Of a stretch of 64,000 nt of DNA, positions 46,974 to 57,030 are shown one piece after another. Source of the stretch: an uncultured Bacteroidales bacterium (GTDB lineage: Bacteria > Bacteroidota > Bacteroidia > Bacteroidales > VadinHA17); NCBI GenBank assembly GCA_963815075.1, contig CAWFFK010000006.1:261258-325257 (forward strand). The letters run 5' to 3'. The position numbers were made by a program, and so were the translations under genes. The number at the start of each line of letters is the position of its first letter. Position 1 is the stretch's first letter. The notes under the pieces were generated by a model that saw only the letters and a list, made by a program, of their open reading frames with translations, did not search any database and was not told where the DNA came from.

Positions 46974-48996
46974 TCCACTTCTTCAGGAATGGAGGACTCC
47001 TTTCGCCACACCTCCATTCCAAAAGTTTAAAAGCGCCCATTTCAAACCTGCAGTTGAGGAGGCAATAAAACAATCTGAAGAAGAAATAAATGCTATAACT
47101 CAGAATATTGAATCTCCGACTTTTGAAAACACAATTGCAAAACTGGAAAGGTCAGGTGAAATGCTGGACAGAATCACTTCAGTACTATTCAATCTTAATA
47201 ATGCTGAAACCAATAAGGAACTCCAGTCCATAACACAGATTGTGTCTCCACTTCTTACAAGATTCTCCAATGACATTACTTTGAATGAAAAACTTTTCGA
47301 ACGGGTATCTGAAGTATTCAGAAACAAAGAGCTGTCAGGGCTCAAGGTCGAACAGAAGATCCTTACAGAAAGAAGATATCGTAATTTCATTCTTGGAGGA
47401 GCAGGCCTGAAGGGTAAAGAAAAGAAAAGATTCAGAGAAATATCGGAAGAACTGGCTACACTTTCATTAAAATTCGAGGAAAACGTACTGGCAGAGACAA
47501 ATTCATTTGAACTCCATCTTACTGAAAAAAAGGATTTGGCAGGATTGCCCGACAGCCTGGTAGAAATGGCATTCATGGAAGCAAAGAAGAGGAAAAAAAC
47601 GGGATGGATATTCACGCTTCATTTTCCAAGCTATATTCCTTTTATGCAATATGCCGAGAACCGGTCTCTTCGTGAGAAAATGCTCAAAGCATTTTCTTCA
47701 AGGGCATTTAATGGAAACCAGTTCGATAATCGCGAAAACGTTTTCAGAATAGCAAATCTGCGTCTTGAAATCTCAAGGCTCATCGGCTTCAGGAATTTTG
47801 CAGAAATGATACTGGGAGATCGAATGGCAGATACCCCTGATAAAGTTGAGAAGTTTCTGAATGAGCTATACGAAGCCTCGCGACAGGCGGCATTAAGAGA
47901 CTTTGATAACATAAGTGCATTTGCGAGCGAGAATGGACTTAAAGACAGGTTGACCAGATGGGACTGGGCTTTTTATTCTGAAAAAGTCAAGAAAAAATTA
48001 TACAACATCGACGATGAATTATTGAAACCCTCTTTTAGCCTTAAAAATGTTGAGCAGGCTATTTTCAATCTGGCCACAACGCTATATGGTATCAGATTTA
48101 TCAGTAACAATTCAATTCCTGTCTACAATCCAGAGGTAAAAACATTTGAGGTATACGACAATGATGGTTCATTCCTGTCAGTTCTCTATATTGATTATCA
48201 TCCCCGACCCGGTAAAAATGGCGGGGCATGGATGACAACTTACCGGGATCAGAGAAATGACAATAGCAATGACATAAGACCTTTTGTATCAATTGTCACA
48301 AATTTTACAAGACCAACGGAAACAAGGCCTTCACTATTATCATTTAACGAAGTTACAACATTCCTGCATGAATTCGGACATTCGTTACATGCAATGCTCA
48401 CAAAATGCACATATGAAAGTCTTTCAGGCACCAATGTAGCCCATGATTTTGTAGAGTTGCCTTCACAGTTCATGGAAAATTTCGCCTTCGAAAAAGAATG
48501 GCTCGATTCATGGGCTGTGCACTACATTACGGGTGAAAAGTTACCTTCAGAAATCATTAATAAGATCAGAGAAGCTTCAACATTTAATGAAGGATATTCG
48601 TGCTACCGGCAACTGAGTTTCGGATTCCTCGACATGGCCTGGCATACAATTATAAAACCTGTCGCTCTTGATATCTCGCGGTTTGAATCTGAAGCAATGA
48701 CAAAAACCGAACTTTTCCCACCTGTGAAAGGATTAAATATGAGTGCATCCTTCAGCCATATTTTTAGTGGAGGATATGCAGCAGGTTATTATGGGTATAA
48801 ATGGGCAGAAGTGCTTGATGCTGATGCATTCAGCTATTTCACTGAAACAGGAATATTCAATACGGACACCGCAAATTCGTTCAGGAAGAACATTCTCGAA
48901 AAGGGAGGTACTGAAAAGCCCCATGAATTATATGTCAGGTTCAGAGGAAAAGAGCCTTCGATCGATGCCTTCCTGAAAAGAAGCGGATTAAAATAA
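46966..48996 (+). CDS. dcp: M3-family peptidyl-dipeptidase
   Basis: Zinc motif HEFGHSLH with a downstream E. 676 aa. M3A-type N-terminus (PLLQEW..PF..PPF). 8-nt overlap with the upstream gene. Confidence 0.88.
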   Translation: MINPLLQEWRTPFATPPFQKFKSAHFKPAVEEAIKQSEEEINAITQNIESPTFENTIAKLERSGEMLDRITSVLFNLNNAETNKELQSITQIVSPLLTRFSNDITLNEKLFERVSEVFRNKELSGLKVEQKILTERRYRNFILGGAGLKGKEKKRFREISEELATLSLKFEENVLAETNSFELHLTEKKDLAGLPDSLVEMAFMEAKKRKKTGWIFTLHFPSYIPFMQYAENRSLREKMLKAFSSRAFNGNQFDNRENVFRIANLRLEISRLIGFRNFAEMILGDRMADTPDKVEKFLNELYEASRQAALRDFDNISAFASENGLKDRLTRWDWAFYSEKVKKKLYNIDDELLKPSFSLKNVEQAIFNLATTLYGIRFISNNSIPVYNPEVKTFEVYDNDGSFLSVLYIDYHPRPGKNGGAWMTTYRDQRNDNSNDIRPFVSIVTNFTRPTETRPSLLSFNEVTTFLHEFGHSLHAMLTKCTYESLSGTNVAHDFVELPSQFMENFAFEKEWLDSWAVHYITGEKLPSEIINKIREASTFNEGYSCYRQLSFGFLDMAWHTIIKPVALDISRFESEAMTKTELFPPVKGLNMSASFSHIFSGGYAAGYYGYKWAEVLDADAFSYFTETGIFNTDTANSFRKNILEKGGTEKPHELYVRFRGKEPSIDAFLKRSGLK

Positions 48997-49026
48997 TATC
49001 GTTGTTTAACTCTGTACATCTGAGAC

Positions 49027-49180
49027 AAGGGCTATTGAAAAAGTCCTTTGTGCTACTTTGTGTATGCCTTAGTGGCCTTTGTGGTAAGATATAATTCATT
49101 AAAACACAAAGGATCACTAAGTACATCATTAAGGAACACGAAGTAGTAAATCAAAAATACCAACTTTTTCAACAGCCCCT
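49027..49180. repeat. roughly 154-nt imperfect palindromic intergenic element (copy B, same family as 19230-19381)
   Basis: Outer arms GGGCTATTGAAAAAGT (49029-49044) and ACTTTTTCAACAGCCC (49163-49178) are complementary with one mismatch. The inner arm CCTTTGTGCTACTTTGTGTATGCCTTAGTGGCCTTTGTGG faces ACACAAAGGATCACTAAGTACATCATTAAGGAACACGAAGTAG. Confidence 0.8.
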
Positions 49181-49296
49181 TCCACAGAGAAATCGTAATA
49201 GGAAATTCTTGAAACTTGAATTATATTTACAGAATAATATTATGCAAACATACCTCCGCATAATATATTATTAATCAATACTATAACATCAGTAAC

Positions 49297-52200
49297 ATGA
49301 TTCTCTTTTTCGAAACTCCCGGAAATAATTTAATAGCAGTCGGCGACTCTGAAACTCTTTTAGAAAAGGAAATTGAAAAACTCAAATGGCTTTTTGGTGA
49401 AGCCAGCCTTTTACAATCCGAAAAATTAGCCGGCGTATTCATAGGTCCAAGAAAAGAGATGATTACACCCTGGAGCACAAATGCTGTTGAGATAACACAG
49501 AATATGGGGATCACAGGAATAAAGAGGATTGAAGAGTTCTCTATCGCGGATACTGTCGAACCACATTTCGACCCTATGCTACAGGCATTATACAATGGGT
49601 TGGACCAAAGAATATTCACTATTGACAAACAACCTGATCCTGTGATTTATGTGGAAGATATCAGACAGTATAATAATAAGGAAGGTCTTGCTCTTAACGA
49701 AGATGAGATAAATTATCTTAACAGGCTGACTGAAACCATAGGACGCAAACTGACTGACAGCGAGGTTTTTGGCTTTTCCCAGGTCAATTCAGAGCACTGT
49801 CGTCATAAGATTTTTAACGGCTCTTTCATCATTTCAGGAGTAAAAAAAGAAAATACACTTTTCCAGATGATCAAGGAGACAACCATAACCAATCCTAACA
49901 AAGTAGTTTCCGCCTATAAAGATAATTGCGCGTTTATTCGTGGGCCTGTTGTAGAACAATTTGCGCCTGCCACACAGGACAGTGCCGATTATTTCTGCAC
50001 AAGCAAATATGAATCCGTTTTGTCGCTAAAAGCCGAAACACATAACTTCCCTACAACTGTTGAACCTTTTAATGGGGCTTCAACAGGAACGGGTGGTGAG
50101 ATAAGAGATCGTATTGCAGGTGGCAAGGGCGCATTTCCTGTTGCCGGCACAGCTGTTTATATGACATCCTATCCCAGACCTGACGGTGGCCGTTCATGGG
50201 AAAAAGCCATCCTGGCGAGACCGTGGCTTTACCAGACTCCTGAAGATATACTTATTAAAGCATCCAACGGGGCAAGCGATTTTGGAAACAAGTTCGGTCA
50301 GCCACTAATCTGTGGTTCAGTCTTCACTTTCGAACATTATGAGAATTTTAAAACATTCGGTTATGATAAAGTAATTATGCTTGCCGGAGGCATAGGAACC
50401 GGCAAGATAAATGACAGTGAAAAGGGTATTCCGGTAAAAGGTGATATAATAGTTTTACTCGGAGGGGATAATTACAGGATAGGAATGGGAGGAGGTGCGG
50501 TATCATCAGTTGATACCGGAAGATTTGACAGTTCGATTGAGTTAAATGCCGTTCAGAGAGCAAATCCCGAGATGCAGAAAAGGGTCTATAATGCTATTCG
50601 TGCCCTTGGGGAACTGGCTCATAATCCTATAGTTTCAATACATGACCACGGAGCAGGAGGTCATCTTAACTGTCTGTCAGAACTAGTGGAAGCGACAGGC
50701 GGCAGGATTGACATTAGTAAACTGCCAGTTGGTGATCCAACACTTTCGGCAAAGGAGCTAATCGGCAATGAATCTCAGGAACGCATGGGACTGGTCATGA
50801 ATAAAAATGATATCAGCATTTTAGAAAAGATTGCGGAAAGGGAACGGGCTCCTATATATATTATTGGAGAAGTAACAGGAGATATGCAGTTTACCCTTGA
50901 AAATCCAATAACCAGGGAAAAACCCATCGACCTGGCATTGACATCTTTATTTGGTGATCCGCCAAAAACAATAATGAAGGACGTTACTGTTGAGAATAGT
51001 TATAGCAAAATTGAATACAATACTGAAAATATTTACCAGTATATTGAACAGGTACTCCAGATAGAAGAGGTGGCATGTAAGGACTGGCTCACCAACAAGG
51101 TCGACCGATCAGTTACCGGAAGGATTGCTAAACAGCAATGTGCCGGGCCCCTGCAGTTGCCTCTCAATAACCTGGGAGCTATAACTCTTGACTACAGGGG
51201 TAAAAGAGGGCTGGCTACTTCCCTTGGTCACGCCCCGGCAGCCGGATTGATTGATCCTGCAGCAGGATCGGTGTTATCAATAGCAGAGGCACTTACCAAC
51301 ATAATCTGGGCACCTTTAACAGACAAGATGCGAAGTATTTCACTTTCTGCTAACTGGATGTGGCCATGCAGAAATCCCGGAGAGGATGCAAGACTTTATG
51401 AAGCTGTTAAGGCAGCAAGTGAGTTTTCTATTGCTCTTGGTATCAATATTCCCACTGGCAAGGACAGCCTTTCTATGACTCAAAAATATAATGATCAGGT
51501 TGTTTATTCACCCGGGACAGTCATAATAACAGCTTCCGGAGAAGTTAATGACATCAGGAAAATTGTTGAACCCGTTATTGTTAACGATCCTTATACAAGC
51601 CTCCTTTATATCAACATGAGTCGTGATGGATTCAAAACAGGAGGCAGCAGTTTAGCGCAGATTCTAAACCGGATCGGCGACGATGTTCCATCAGTTAAGG
51701 ACCCTGTATATTTCAAAGATGTTTTTGACACAATACAGGATCTTATACTCAATGATAAAATTCTATCAGGTCATGATATTTCTGCAGGTGGAATGATAAC
51801 CGCTCTTCTGGAGATGTGTTTCTCAAATACAAGCGGTGGAATTACAGTTAACATCACTGCTATTGATGAAGGGGATACTGTAAAGATGCTTTTCAGTCAG
51901 AACCCCGGAATAATAATACAGGTAAAAGATGAGAATGATGTGGCTGAGATTTTTCTTGAAAATGGAATATCATATTATTCTATAGGTCATCCTGTTAACG
52001 AAAGGTCACTGTTTATCAGGAATGGGAAGGAAACCTTTACTTTTGATATCGATCAGCTGTGTGATAAATGGTTCCTTACCTCCTATCTTCTTGATCGACG
52101 TCAGTCGGGTTTAGATCTGGCTAAGGAGAGGTTTAAGAACTATAAAAAACATGAGCTGAAGATAGATATTAAAGAATTCAAAGGATCCTTTGGTTCCGCT

Positions 52201-52986
52201 GGAATAACACCTGACAGGAAGAAAAAATCCGGTATAAGGTCAGCAATAATTAGAGAAAAGGGTGTCAATGGCGACAGGGAAATGGCTTATGCTTTGTACC
52301 TGGCCGGTTTCGATGTAAAGGATGTACATATGACGGATCTTATTTCAGGCAGGGAGACACTCGAAGATATTAGTATGATAGTTTTCGTAGGTGGTTTTTC
52401 AAATTCCGACGTACTGGGTTCTGCCAAAGGCTGGGCAGGCGCTTTCAAATATAATGATAAAGCCAGGGTAGCTCTTGAAAAGTTCTATAATAGACCTGAT
52501 ACTCTGTCACTTGGCGTATGTAATGGATGTCAGTTGATGGTCGAACTCGACCTGGTTTATCCGGATCATGCCGAGAAACCAAGGCTTCTCCTGAATAAGT
52601 CTCATAAGTTTGAATCAGGATTTCTCGGCGTGAAGATCATGCAAAACAGATCGGTGATGCTTGGAAATATGGAAGATATGGAACTGGGTATTTGGGTGGC
52701 TCACGGTGAAGGCAGATTCAGCCTCCCTTATCCTGAAAGTAAATACAGGATACCATTAAAATTCAGCAGACACACCTATCCAGCAAATCCTAATGGATCC
52801 GATTATGATGTTGCAGGGTTATGTTCGGACGATGGACGGCACCTTGTAATGATGCCACATCTTGAACGTGCCTACTTTCCCTGGCAATGTGGTTATTATC
52901 CCGCCGATAAAAAGAATGATGAAGTCACACCATGGATTATGGCATTTACCAACGCTAAAGAATGGATTAAAGCAAACAACCTTTGA
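49297..52986 (+). CDS. purL: phosphoribosylformylglycinamidine synthase, single-chain large form
   Basis: 1229 aa. FGAM-synthase N-domain, duplicated AIRS domains, and a C-terminal glutaminase with GVCNGCQ and HGEGR. Confidence 0.95.
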   Translation: MILFFETPGNNLIAVGDSETLLEKEIEKLKWLFGEASLLQSEKLAGVFIGPRKEMITPWSTNAVEITQNMGITGIKRIEEFSIADTVEPHFDPMLQALYNGLDQRIFTIDKQPDPVIYVEDIRQYNNKEGLALNEDEINYLNRLTETIGRKLTDSEVFGFSQVNSEHCRHKIFNGSFIISGVKKENTLFQMIKETTITNPNKVVSAYKDNCAFIRGPVVEQFAPATQDSADYFCTSKYESVLSLKAETHNFPTTVEPFNGASTGTGGEIRDRIAGGKGAFPVAGTAVYMTSYPRPDGGRSWEKAILARPWLYQTPEDILIKASNGASDFGNKFGQPLICGSVFTFEHYENFKTFGYDKVIMLAGGIGTGKINDSEKGIPVKGDIIVLLGGDNYRIGMGGGAVSSVDTGRFDSSIELNAVQRANPEMQKRVYNAIRALGELAHNPIVSIHDHGAGGHLNCLSELVEATGGRIDISKLPVGDPTLSAKELIGNESQERMGLVMNKNDISILEKIAERERAPIYIIGEVTGDMQFTLENPITREKPIDLALTSLFGDPPKTIMKDVTVENSYSKIEYNTENIYQYIEQVLQIEEVACKDWLTNKVDRSVTGRIAKQQCAGPLQLPLNNLGAITLDYRGKRGLATSLGHAPAAGLIDPAAGSVLSIAEALTNIIWAPLTDKMRSISLSANWMWPCRNPGEDARLYEAVKAASEFSIALGINIPTGKDSLSMTQKYNDQVVYSPGTVIITASGEVNDIRKIVEPVIVNDPYTSLLYINMSRDGFKTGGSSLAQILNRIGDDVPSVKDPVYFKDVFDTIQDLILNDKILSGHDISAGGMITALLEMCFSNTSGGITVNITAIDEGDTVKMLFSQNPGIIIQVKDENDVAEIFLENGISYYSIGHPVNERSLFIRNGKETFTFDIDQLCDKWFLTSYLLDRRQSGLDLAKERFKNYKKHELKIDIKEFKGSFGSAGITPDRKKKSGIRSAIIREKGVNGDREMAYALYLAGFDVKDVHMTDLISGRETLEDISMIVFVGGFSNSDVLGSAKGWAGAFKYNDKARVALEKFYNRPDTLSLGVCNGCQLMVELDLVYPDHAEKPRLLLNKSHKFESGFLGVKIMQNRSVMLGNMEDMELGIWVAHGEGRFSLPYPESKYRIPLKFSRHTYPANPNGSDYDVAGLCSDDGRHLVMMPHLERAYFPWQCGYYPADKKNDEVTPWIMAFTNAKEWIKANNL

Positions 52987-53040
52987 TATGCAGGGAGCAG
53001 AGGTCTTTAACATCCAGATCAGAATTTACCTGGCAACCAA

Positions 53041-53589
53041 TCAGTGAGTGGTCGGAGTCAATACAACAGACAACAGTTTAGTATTAGTGCCGGGAGAGGA
53101 TCCATCGGCTTTATCTTCTTTAGGAAGAATTTTATCGCTGATTACCTGAACATTGTACAAACCAGTATCCTGTATATAGAGAGAGCCCAGGAAGGAATCG
53201 GCCCTGAAATATGGGTAGGAGACATCAGTTGAGTTATGTATTATCTTATCACAGGTAGGGCGCCCCTCAATCATATTGTCCTGAAAACTAAACATTACAG
53301 AATTCTTATACAGGAGATTCGTTGTGTCCTTTGTTGCACTCGACAACCATACATTAAATCGTCCGGATTTTGAAACAACAACACTCCATTCTGCAGTATT
53401 ACTGGAAGGATTCTTATTGTCGCGGTAACAGGCTGCTTTATCAACTTTTAATGAAATTGTACCGTCTTTCTGCTGTAAAATTTTGTTTTGAACCGTATTA
53501 TTTTCCGACATTTTCTGCTCACCATTATTGCATGAATATAATAAGGTGGCCCCCACAAATATCAACGACATAAAGAATTTACTGTCCAT
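53041..53589 (-). CDS. hypothetical lipoprotein
   Basis: Signal plus lipobox-like LLYSC. 182 aa with a beta-rich composition. No recognisable catalytic motif. Confidence 0.45.
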   Translation of the reverse strand: MDSKFFMSLIFVGATLLYSCNNGEQKMSENNTVQNKILQQKDGTISLKVDKAACYRDNKNPSSNTAEWSVVVSKSGRFNVWLSSATKDTTNLLYKNSVMFSFQDNMIEGRPTCDKIIHNSTDVSYPYFRADSFLGSLYIQDTGLYNVQVISDKILPKEDKADGSSPGTNTKLLSVVLTPTTH

Positions 53590-53761
53590 TTTTCAATTTT
53601 AATTTTAGTTTCTATTTGTTATAACGATCCAAATGCAATTTCAGTATGTCAGAACAAATAAATGACATAAAAAGTTCAAATTTTTAGGTCAGTAAAATGA
53701 AATCAATACTGTAAGTATGTTACTTAAGCTGCTGGATAAATTTGGAGTAAAGTAATTCCTC

Positions 53762-55705
53762 TTATGTAATATTAGCCAGCTCTTTTATTGAGCGAAGCTG
53801 CTTGCTTAGATTTATTTTCACAGAATGGTCCATAAGAGCTTCCGCAACAATTTCTGAAATATCTGCAACCCTGGTTTCAGTAACAGGGGATAATGTCTTC
53901 TTGCATAAGGGGCAGGCTGTTGCAAGAATATCGGGTTGCCTTTCGGTTAAACAGGCAGCCGTATCTCTTGCTATCATTTTCCTCTTACCTGAACTTATTT
54001 TTATATTGGCCAGGCTTCCTCCACAGCAAAATGAATTCTCATCCTGAAACCTGGTTTTTTCCAACCGTGTAACGTGTCTTAGTACTTCTTTGGGTTCATC
54101 ATAAACACCTGAACCCCTGCCAAGGTCACACGGCGTATGATACACAACTCTTTTGCGAAGGAATCTCATCTTTACCGACTTTTCATCAATCAGCATTTTA
54201 ATAAATTGGGTATGATGAAGAACCTGAACATCGAGATAATAGCTTTCCCTGAATACTTTATAACAAATAGGACATGAAGTAACAAGTGTATGAGCACCTG
54301 ATCTCCAGATTATCTGTGAATTATAATTGATAAGCTCCCTGGCCTCTTTATCCTGTCCTGCCAGCATAAGAGGACGTCCGCAACAGACCCCTCCGTCAGC
54401 ATCCATAAAACTGTAATTCACTCCCGCTGATTCAAGTATCTTTATCATCGAGTTCTTAATTGCAGGTGTAAGATGTGTCATACAGCCAGCGAAGTAAAGA
54501 ATATCAACTTTTTCCGGTTCATTTTCAGGAAGGAAATTAAAGGATGGGAATCCGTTTACTTTTTCTGTCGTCACATTCTGTTTGCCTCGAAGATAACCAT
54601 GATAAATATTTTTAAAATAATTTTCACCTTCACCTCCCCTTCTCTGTATCATCCTGATCGGTGAGAGTTCCAGTCCCACGGGACATTTCTGATCGCATCT
54701 GCCACACATCAGACAGTTAAAAGCAATCTCTGAAACATCATCGTTTTTGCGTAGTCCTTTCATGAGGTATGCTGACTGAATATTGGTAATATCAGCTGAA
54801 AAATTCAGCTGGCAGGCATCAATACAAATGCCGCATGAAGAGCAGGAATGGATCTGTACCTCGGAATATGAACCTGCCTTGTCTCCTGTTCTGATACCGG
54901 AGTTTCTCATGAAAATAAGGAATAGTTCAGTCGGAATGTGCATATATCGGGTAACCGGGAGCAATATAAAAAATGTTCCTAATGAAAGCGAATAGAGCCA
55001 CCAGAAGGGATATGCCATTTGCTGTGCAGGAAGAAAAGAGGCCAGCCATGAACCTAAAGAACCAGTAAGAAAATTTCCTGTACCATAAGCTCCGCTCGTG
55101 AAACTCTCGGCAAGCAGACGGCTTGGAAAAATCAGCCATAATGATATTAGAGCGATTTTATCATTTGTTCTCAGGCGGGTTGTCTTTTTCATTCCAACAA
55201 TCTTGGAGTAAACTCTCTTGATAACAGCAAGAAGAAGGCCGGAGAGAATAAATGCAAGAATAAGATCCATCAAAAAGCCATAGGCACGTTCAAAGCCCAT
55301 CCTTCCATGCTCCGGGTTAAAAAACCTGAAAAATATAGCCTTGTATGGAGCATTCAGGTGTTTTGACCCGAAAATATCAGCCTCAATTGTTCCGAAAAGA
55401 ATTAGCAGAAACCAGCCAAATGCCAGGCTCATATGCATGTAACCAAGCCTCAGGTTTGTCTTAAGTATCTTCCTGTGAATCAGACTTTCAAGAAATATTT
55501 CTTTTAAACTTGCCCCAAAGGCCTTACCAAAAAAACCACGTTGAAGCCTGAGCTTATCAGCCCTTGACAGGTCGCGAAACCAGATAACGCTTCTTGTTAC
55601 AACATATATTAGTATGAAGTAAAGTCCGATATTGAAAGGTATTATAAAAGGATCAAACTGCATAGCCGTTATACATTTGAAATGCCTGTTTTGCGAGGAA
55701 AACAA
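53762..55705 (-). CDS. membrane-anchored Fe-S protein: N-terminal polytopic (HdrE/DsrM/NarI-like) domain fused to an HdrD/DsrK-like module (2x[4Fe-4S] + two CCG domains)
   Basis: About five hydrophobic helices in the first 260 aa or so. CSSCGICIDAC and CLMCGRCDQKCP motifs. Two CCG-type domains (YFAGCMTH...CCGRP...SCPICY, and YHTPCDLG...FCCGGS...ACPLCK). The start may be the Met at 55663. Confidence 0.75.
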   Translation of the reverse strand: MFSSQNRHFKCITAMQFDPFIIPFNIGLYFILIYVVTRSVIWFRDLSRADKLRLQRGFFGKAFGASLKEIFLESLIHRKILKTNLRLGYMHMSLAFGWFLLILFGTIEADIFGSKHLNAPYKAIFFRFFNPEHGRMGFERAYGFLMDLILAFILSGLLLAVIKRVYSKIVGMKKTTRLRTNDKIALISLWLIFPSRLLAESFTSGAYGTGNFLTGSLGSWLASFLPAQQMAYPFWWLYSLSLGTFFILLPVTRYMHIPTELFLIFMRNSGIRTGDKAGSYSEVQIHSCSSCGICIDACQLNFSADITNIQSAYLMKGLRKNDDVSEIAFNCLMCGRCDQKCPVGLELSPIRMIQRRGGEGENYFKNIYHGYLRGKQNVTTEKVNGFPSFNFLPENEPEKVDILYFAGCMTHLTPAIKNSMIKILESAGVNYSFMDADGGVCCGRPLMLAGQDKEARELINYNSQIIWRSGAHTLVTSCPICYKVFRESYYLDVQVLHHTQFIKMLIDEKSVKMRFLRKRVVYHTPCDLGRGSGVYDEPKEVLRHVTRLEKTRFQDENSFCCGGSLANIKISSGKRKMIARDTAACLTERQPDILATACPLCKKTLSPVTETRVADISEIVAEALMDHSVKINLSKQLRSIKELANIT

Positions 55706-55997
55706 TATTTCGCGTATTTACACCCCGGGGACAAACAAGAGTACATTTTCCACAAAGCATGCATTTTTTTATATCTTGCCTGACCTTATCATTCTCACCA
55801 CGCTTAATTAGTATATGAAGTTCTCTCAGACTGAATTTTGTAAAAGCTCCGCTTGTACATGTAGCTGAACACCCGCCGCATTCAATGCAAAGTCTGAAAC
55901 TGGGCTCTTTGCTTAAGATATATTCAGCTATACTCTTATCGTTCGATTCATAATCAATCTGTCGTCCTTTTGTTATTGTAAATCCGAATTTTTCCAT
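55653..55997 (-). CDS. small 2x[4Fe-4S] ferredoxin-like protein (HdrC-like)
   Basis: 114 aa. CIECGGCSATC and CMLCGKCTLVCP motifs. The start lies 1 nt after the hdrA-like stop. Confidence 0.7.
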   Translation of the reverse strand: MEKFGFTITKGRQIDYESNDKSIAEYILSKEPSFRLCIECGGCSATCTSGAFTKFSLRELHILIKRGENDKVRQDIKKCMLCGKCTLVCPRGVNTRNIVFLAKQAFQMYNGYAV

Positions 55998-55998
55998 C

Positions 55999-57030
55999 TT
56001 ATGGCCTGTCGTTTTTCAAATAATCAAGCACTTCAGAAACAGCTGAACGAGCATGAGTAATAGTTTCAGTTATATTCATTGGTGCGGTGCATGTTCCTGC
56101 GTAAAAGACACCGCTAACATTACTCAGGTTACTTCCGTAATGGTTATCTGTTGGCTGGAAGAATCTGTTTTCTCCTGTTCTAAGTCCCAGCATTTTACCA
56201 ATACTTTTACTACCTTCAGATATTTCCATCCCGGCCATGAGAACCAGCATATCAAGTTCCATTTTCAGAGGTCTTCCGGCAAGCGTGTCTTCCACTTTTA
56301 CAATCAGCTTATTAGTTATTGATTCTCCCACCTCTGAAACTTTCCCTCTTATAAAATTAATCCCGTATTTTTCCTGGGCCTCCATATAAAGCTCCTCATA
56401 AAGCGCCCCGGCCATTCTCATATCCATATAAAAGCAAAAAACCCTCGATTCGGGTAAACGCTCCTTTATTTCAATTGCCTGTTTAACAGCTGTGACACAA
56501 CATAATTTTGAACAATAAAGATTACCAACTTTTTCATCTCTTGAACCAACACAGTGAACAATACCGATTCGTTCAGGGTTTTCTCCCGTATTAACCTTCA
56601 GGTCTCCATCTTTAAATTTCTTTTCAAGATCAGATGAAGTGATAACATTATCATAAATTCCGTACCCATATTCTTCTTTCCTCTCACTTTTGAAGAGATC
56701 AAATCCTGTTGCTACTACTATTGCATCAGCATCCAATTCATTTCCCCCCGTAGTTCTAATCGTGAACCTGTTTTTAGTTTTTTCAATATTCTCAATTATG
56801 CTACCCTTCATCATGCTAATATTCATGTTATCAACTCTTTTGTTCAAATATTGAACCACGTCTGAGCTTTTCCGTCTGTCAGGAAATAAATGATACCATT
56901 TAGCAAGATGTCCTCCTGCTTCTGCATTCTTTTCAATCAAAGCGACCTTTAACCCGGCTTTAGCCAGCTGCCCGGCAGTTTCCATACCGGCTACACCGCC
57001 TCCCACAACAACTACGTTAAAGTTCATCAT
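55999..57030 (-). CDS. short HdrA-like FAD/[4Fe-4S] oxidoreductase
   Basis: Dinucleotide fold VVVVGGGVAGMETAGQLAKAG..ALIEK. HdrA cluster motif HCVGSRDEKVGNLYCSKLCC. Only 343 aa, with no inserted or terminal ferredoxin domains. Confidence 0.8.
   Translation of the reverse strand: MMNFNVVVVGGGVAGMETAGQLAKAGLKVALIEKNAEAGGHLAKWYHLFPDRRKSSDVVQYLNKRVDNMNISMMKGSIIENIEKTKNRFTIRTTGGNELDADAIVVATGFDLFKSERKEEYGYGIYDNVITSSDLEKKFKDGDLKVNTGENPERIGIVHCVGSRDEKVGNLYCSKLCCVTAVKQAIEIKERLPESRVFCFYMDMRMAGALYEELYMEAQEKYGINFIRGKVSEVGESITNKLIVKVEDTLAGRPLKMELDMLVLMAGMEISEGSKSIGKMLGLRTGENRFFQPTDNHYGSNLSNVSGVFYAGTCTAPMNITETITHARSAVSEVLDYLKNDRP

Noticed and set aside
47100-47615. Long antisense ORFs inside confirmed genes, for example 47100-47615, 17602-18012, 23420-23872, 11597-11974, 16849-17190, 61093-61473 and 20720-21112.
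   Set aside because: Each lies entirely within, and opposite to, a strongly supported CDS. They have Ser/Leu/Ile-rich low-complexity composition and no motifs, which is typical of shadow ORFs.
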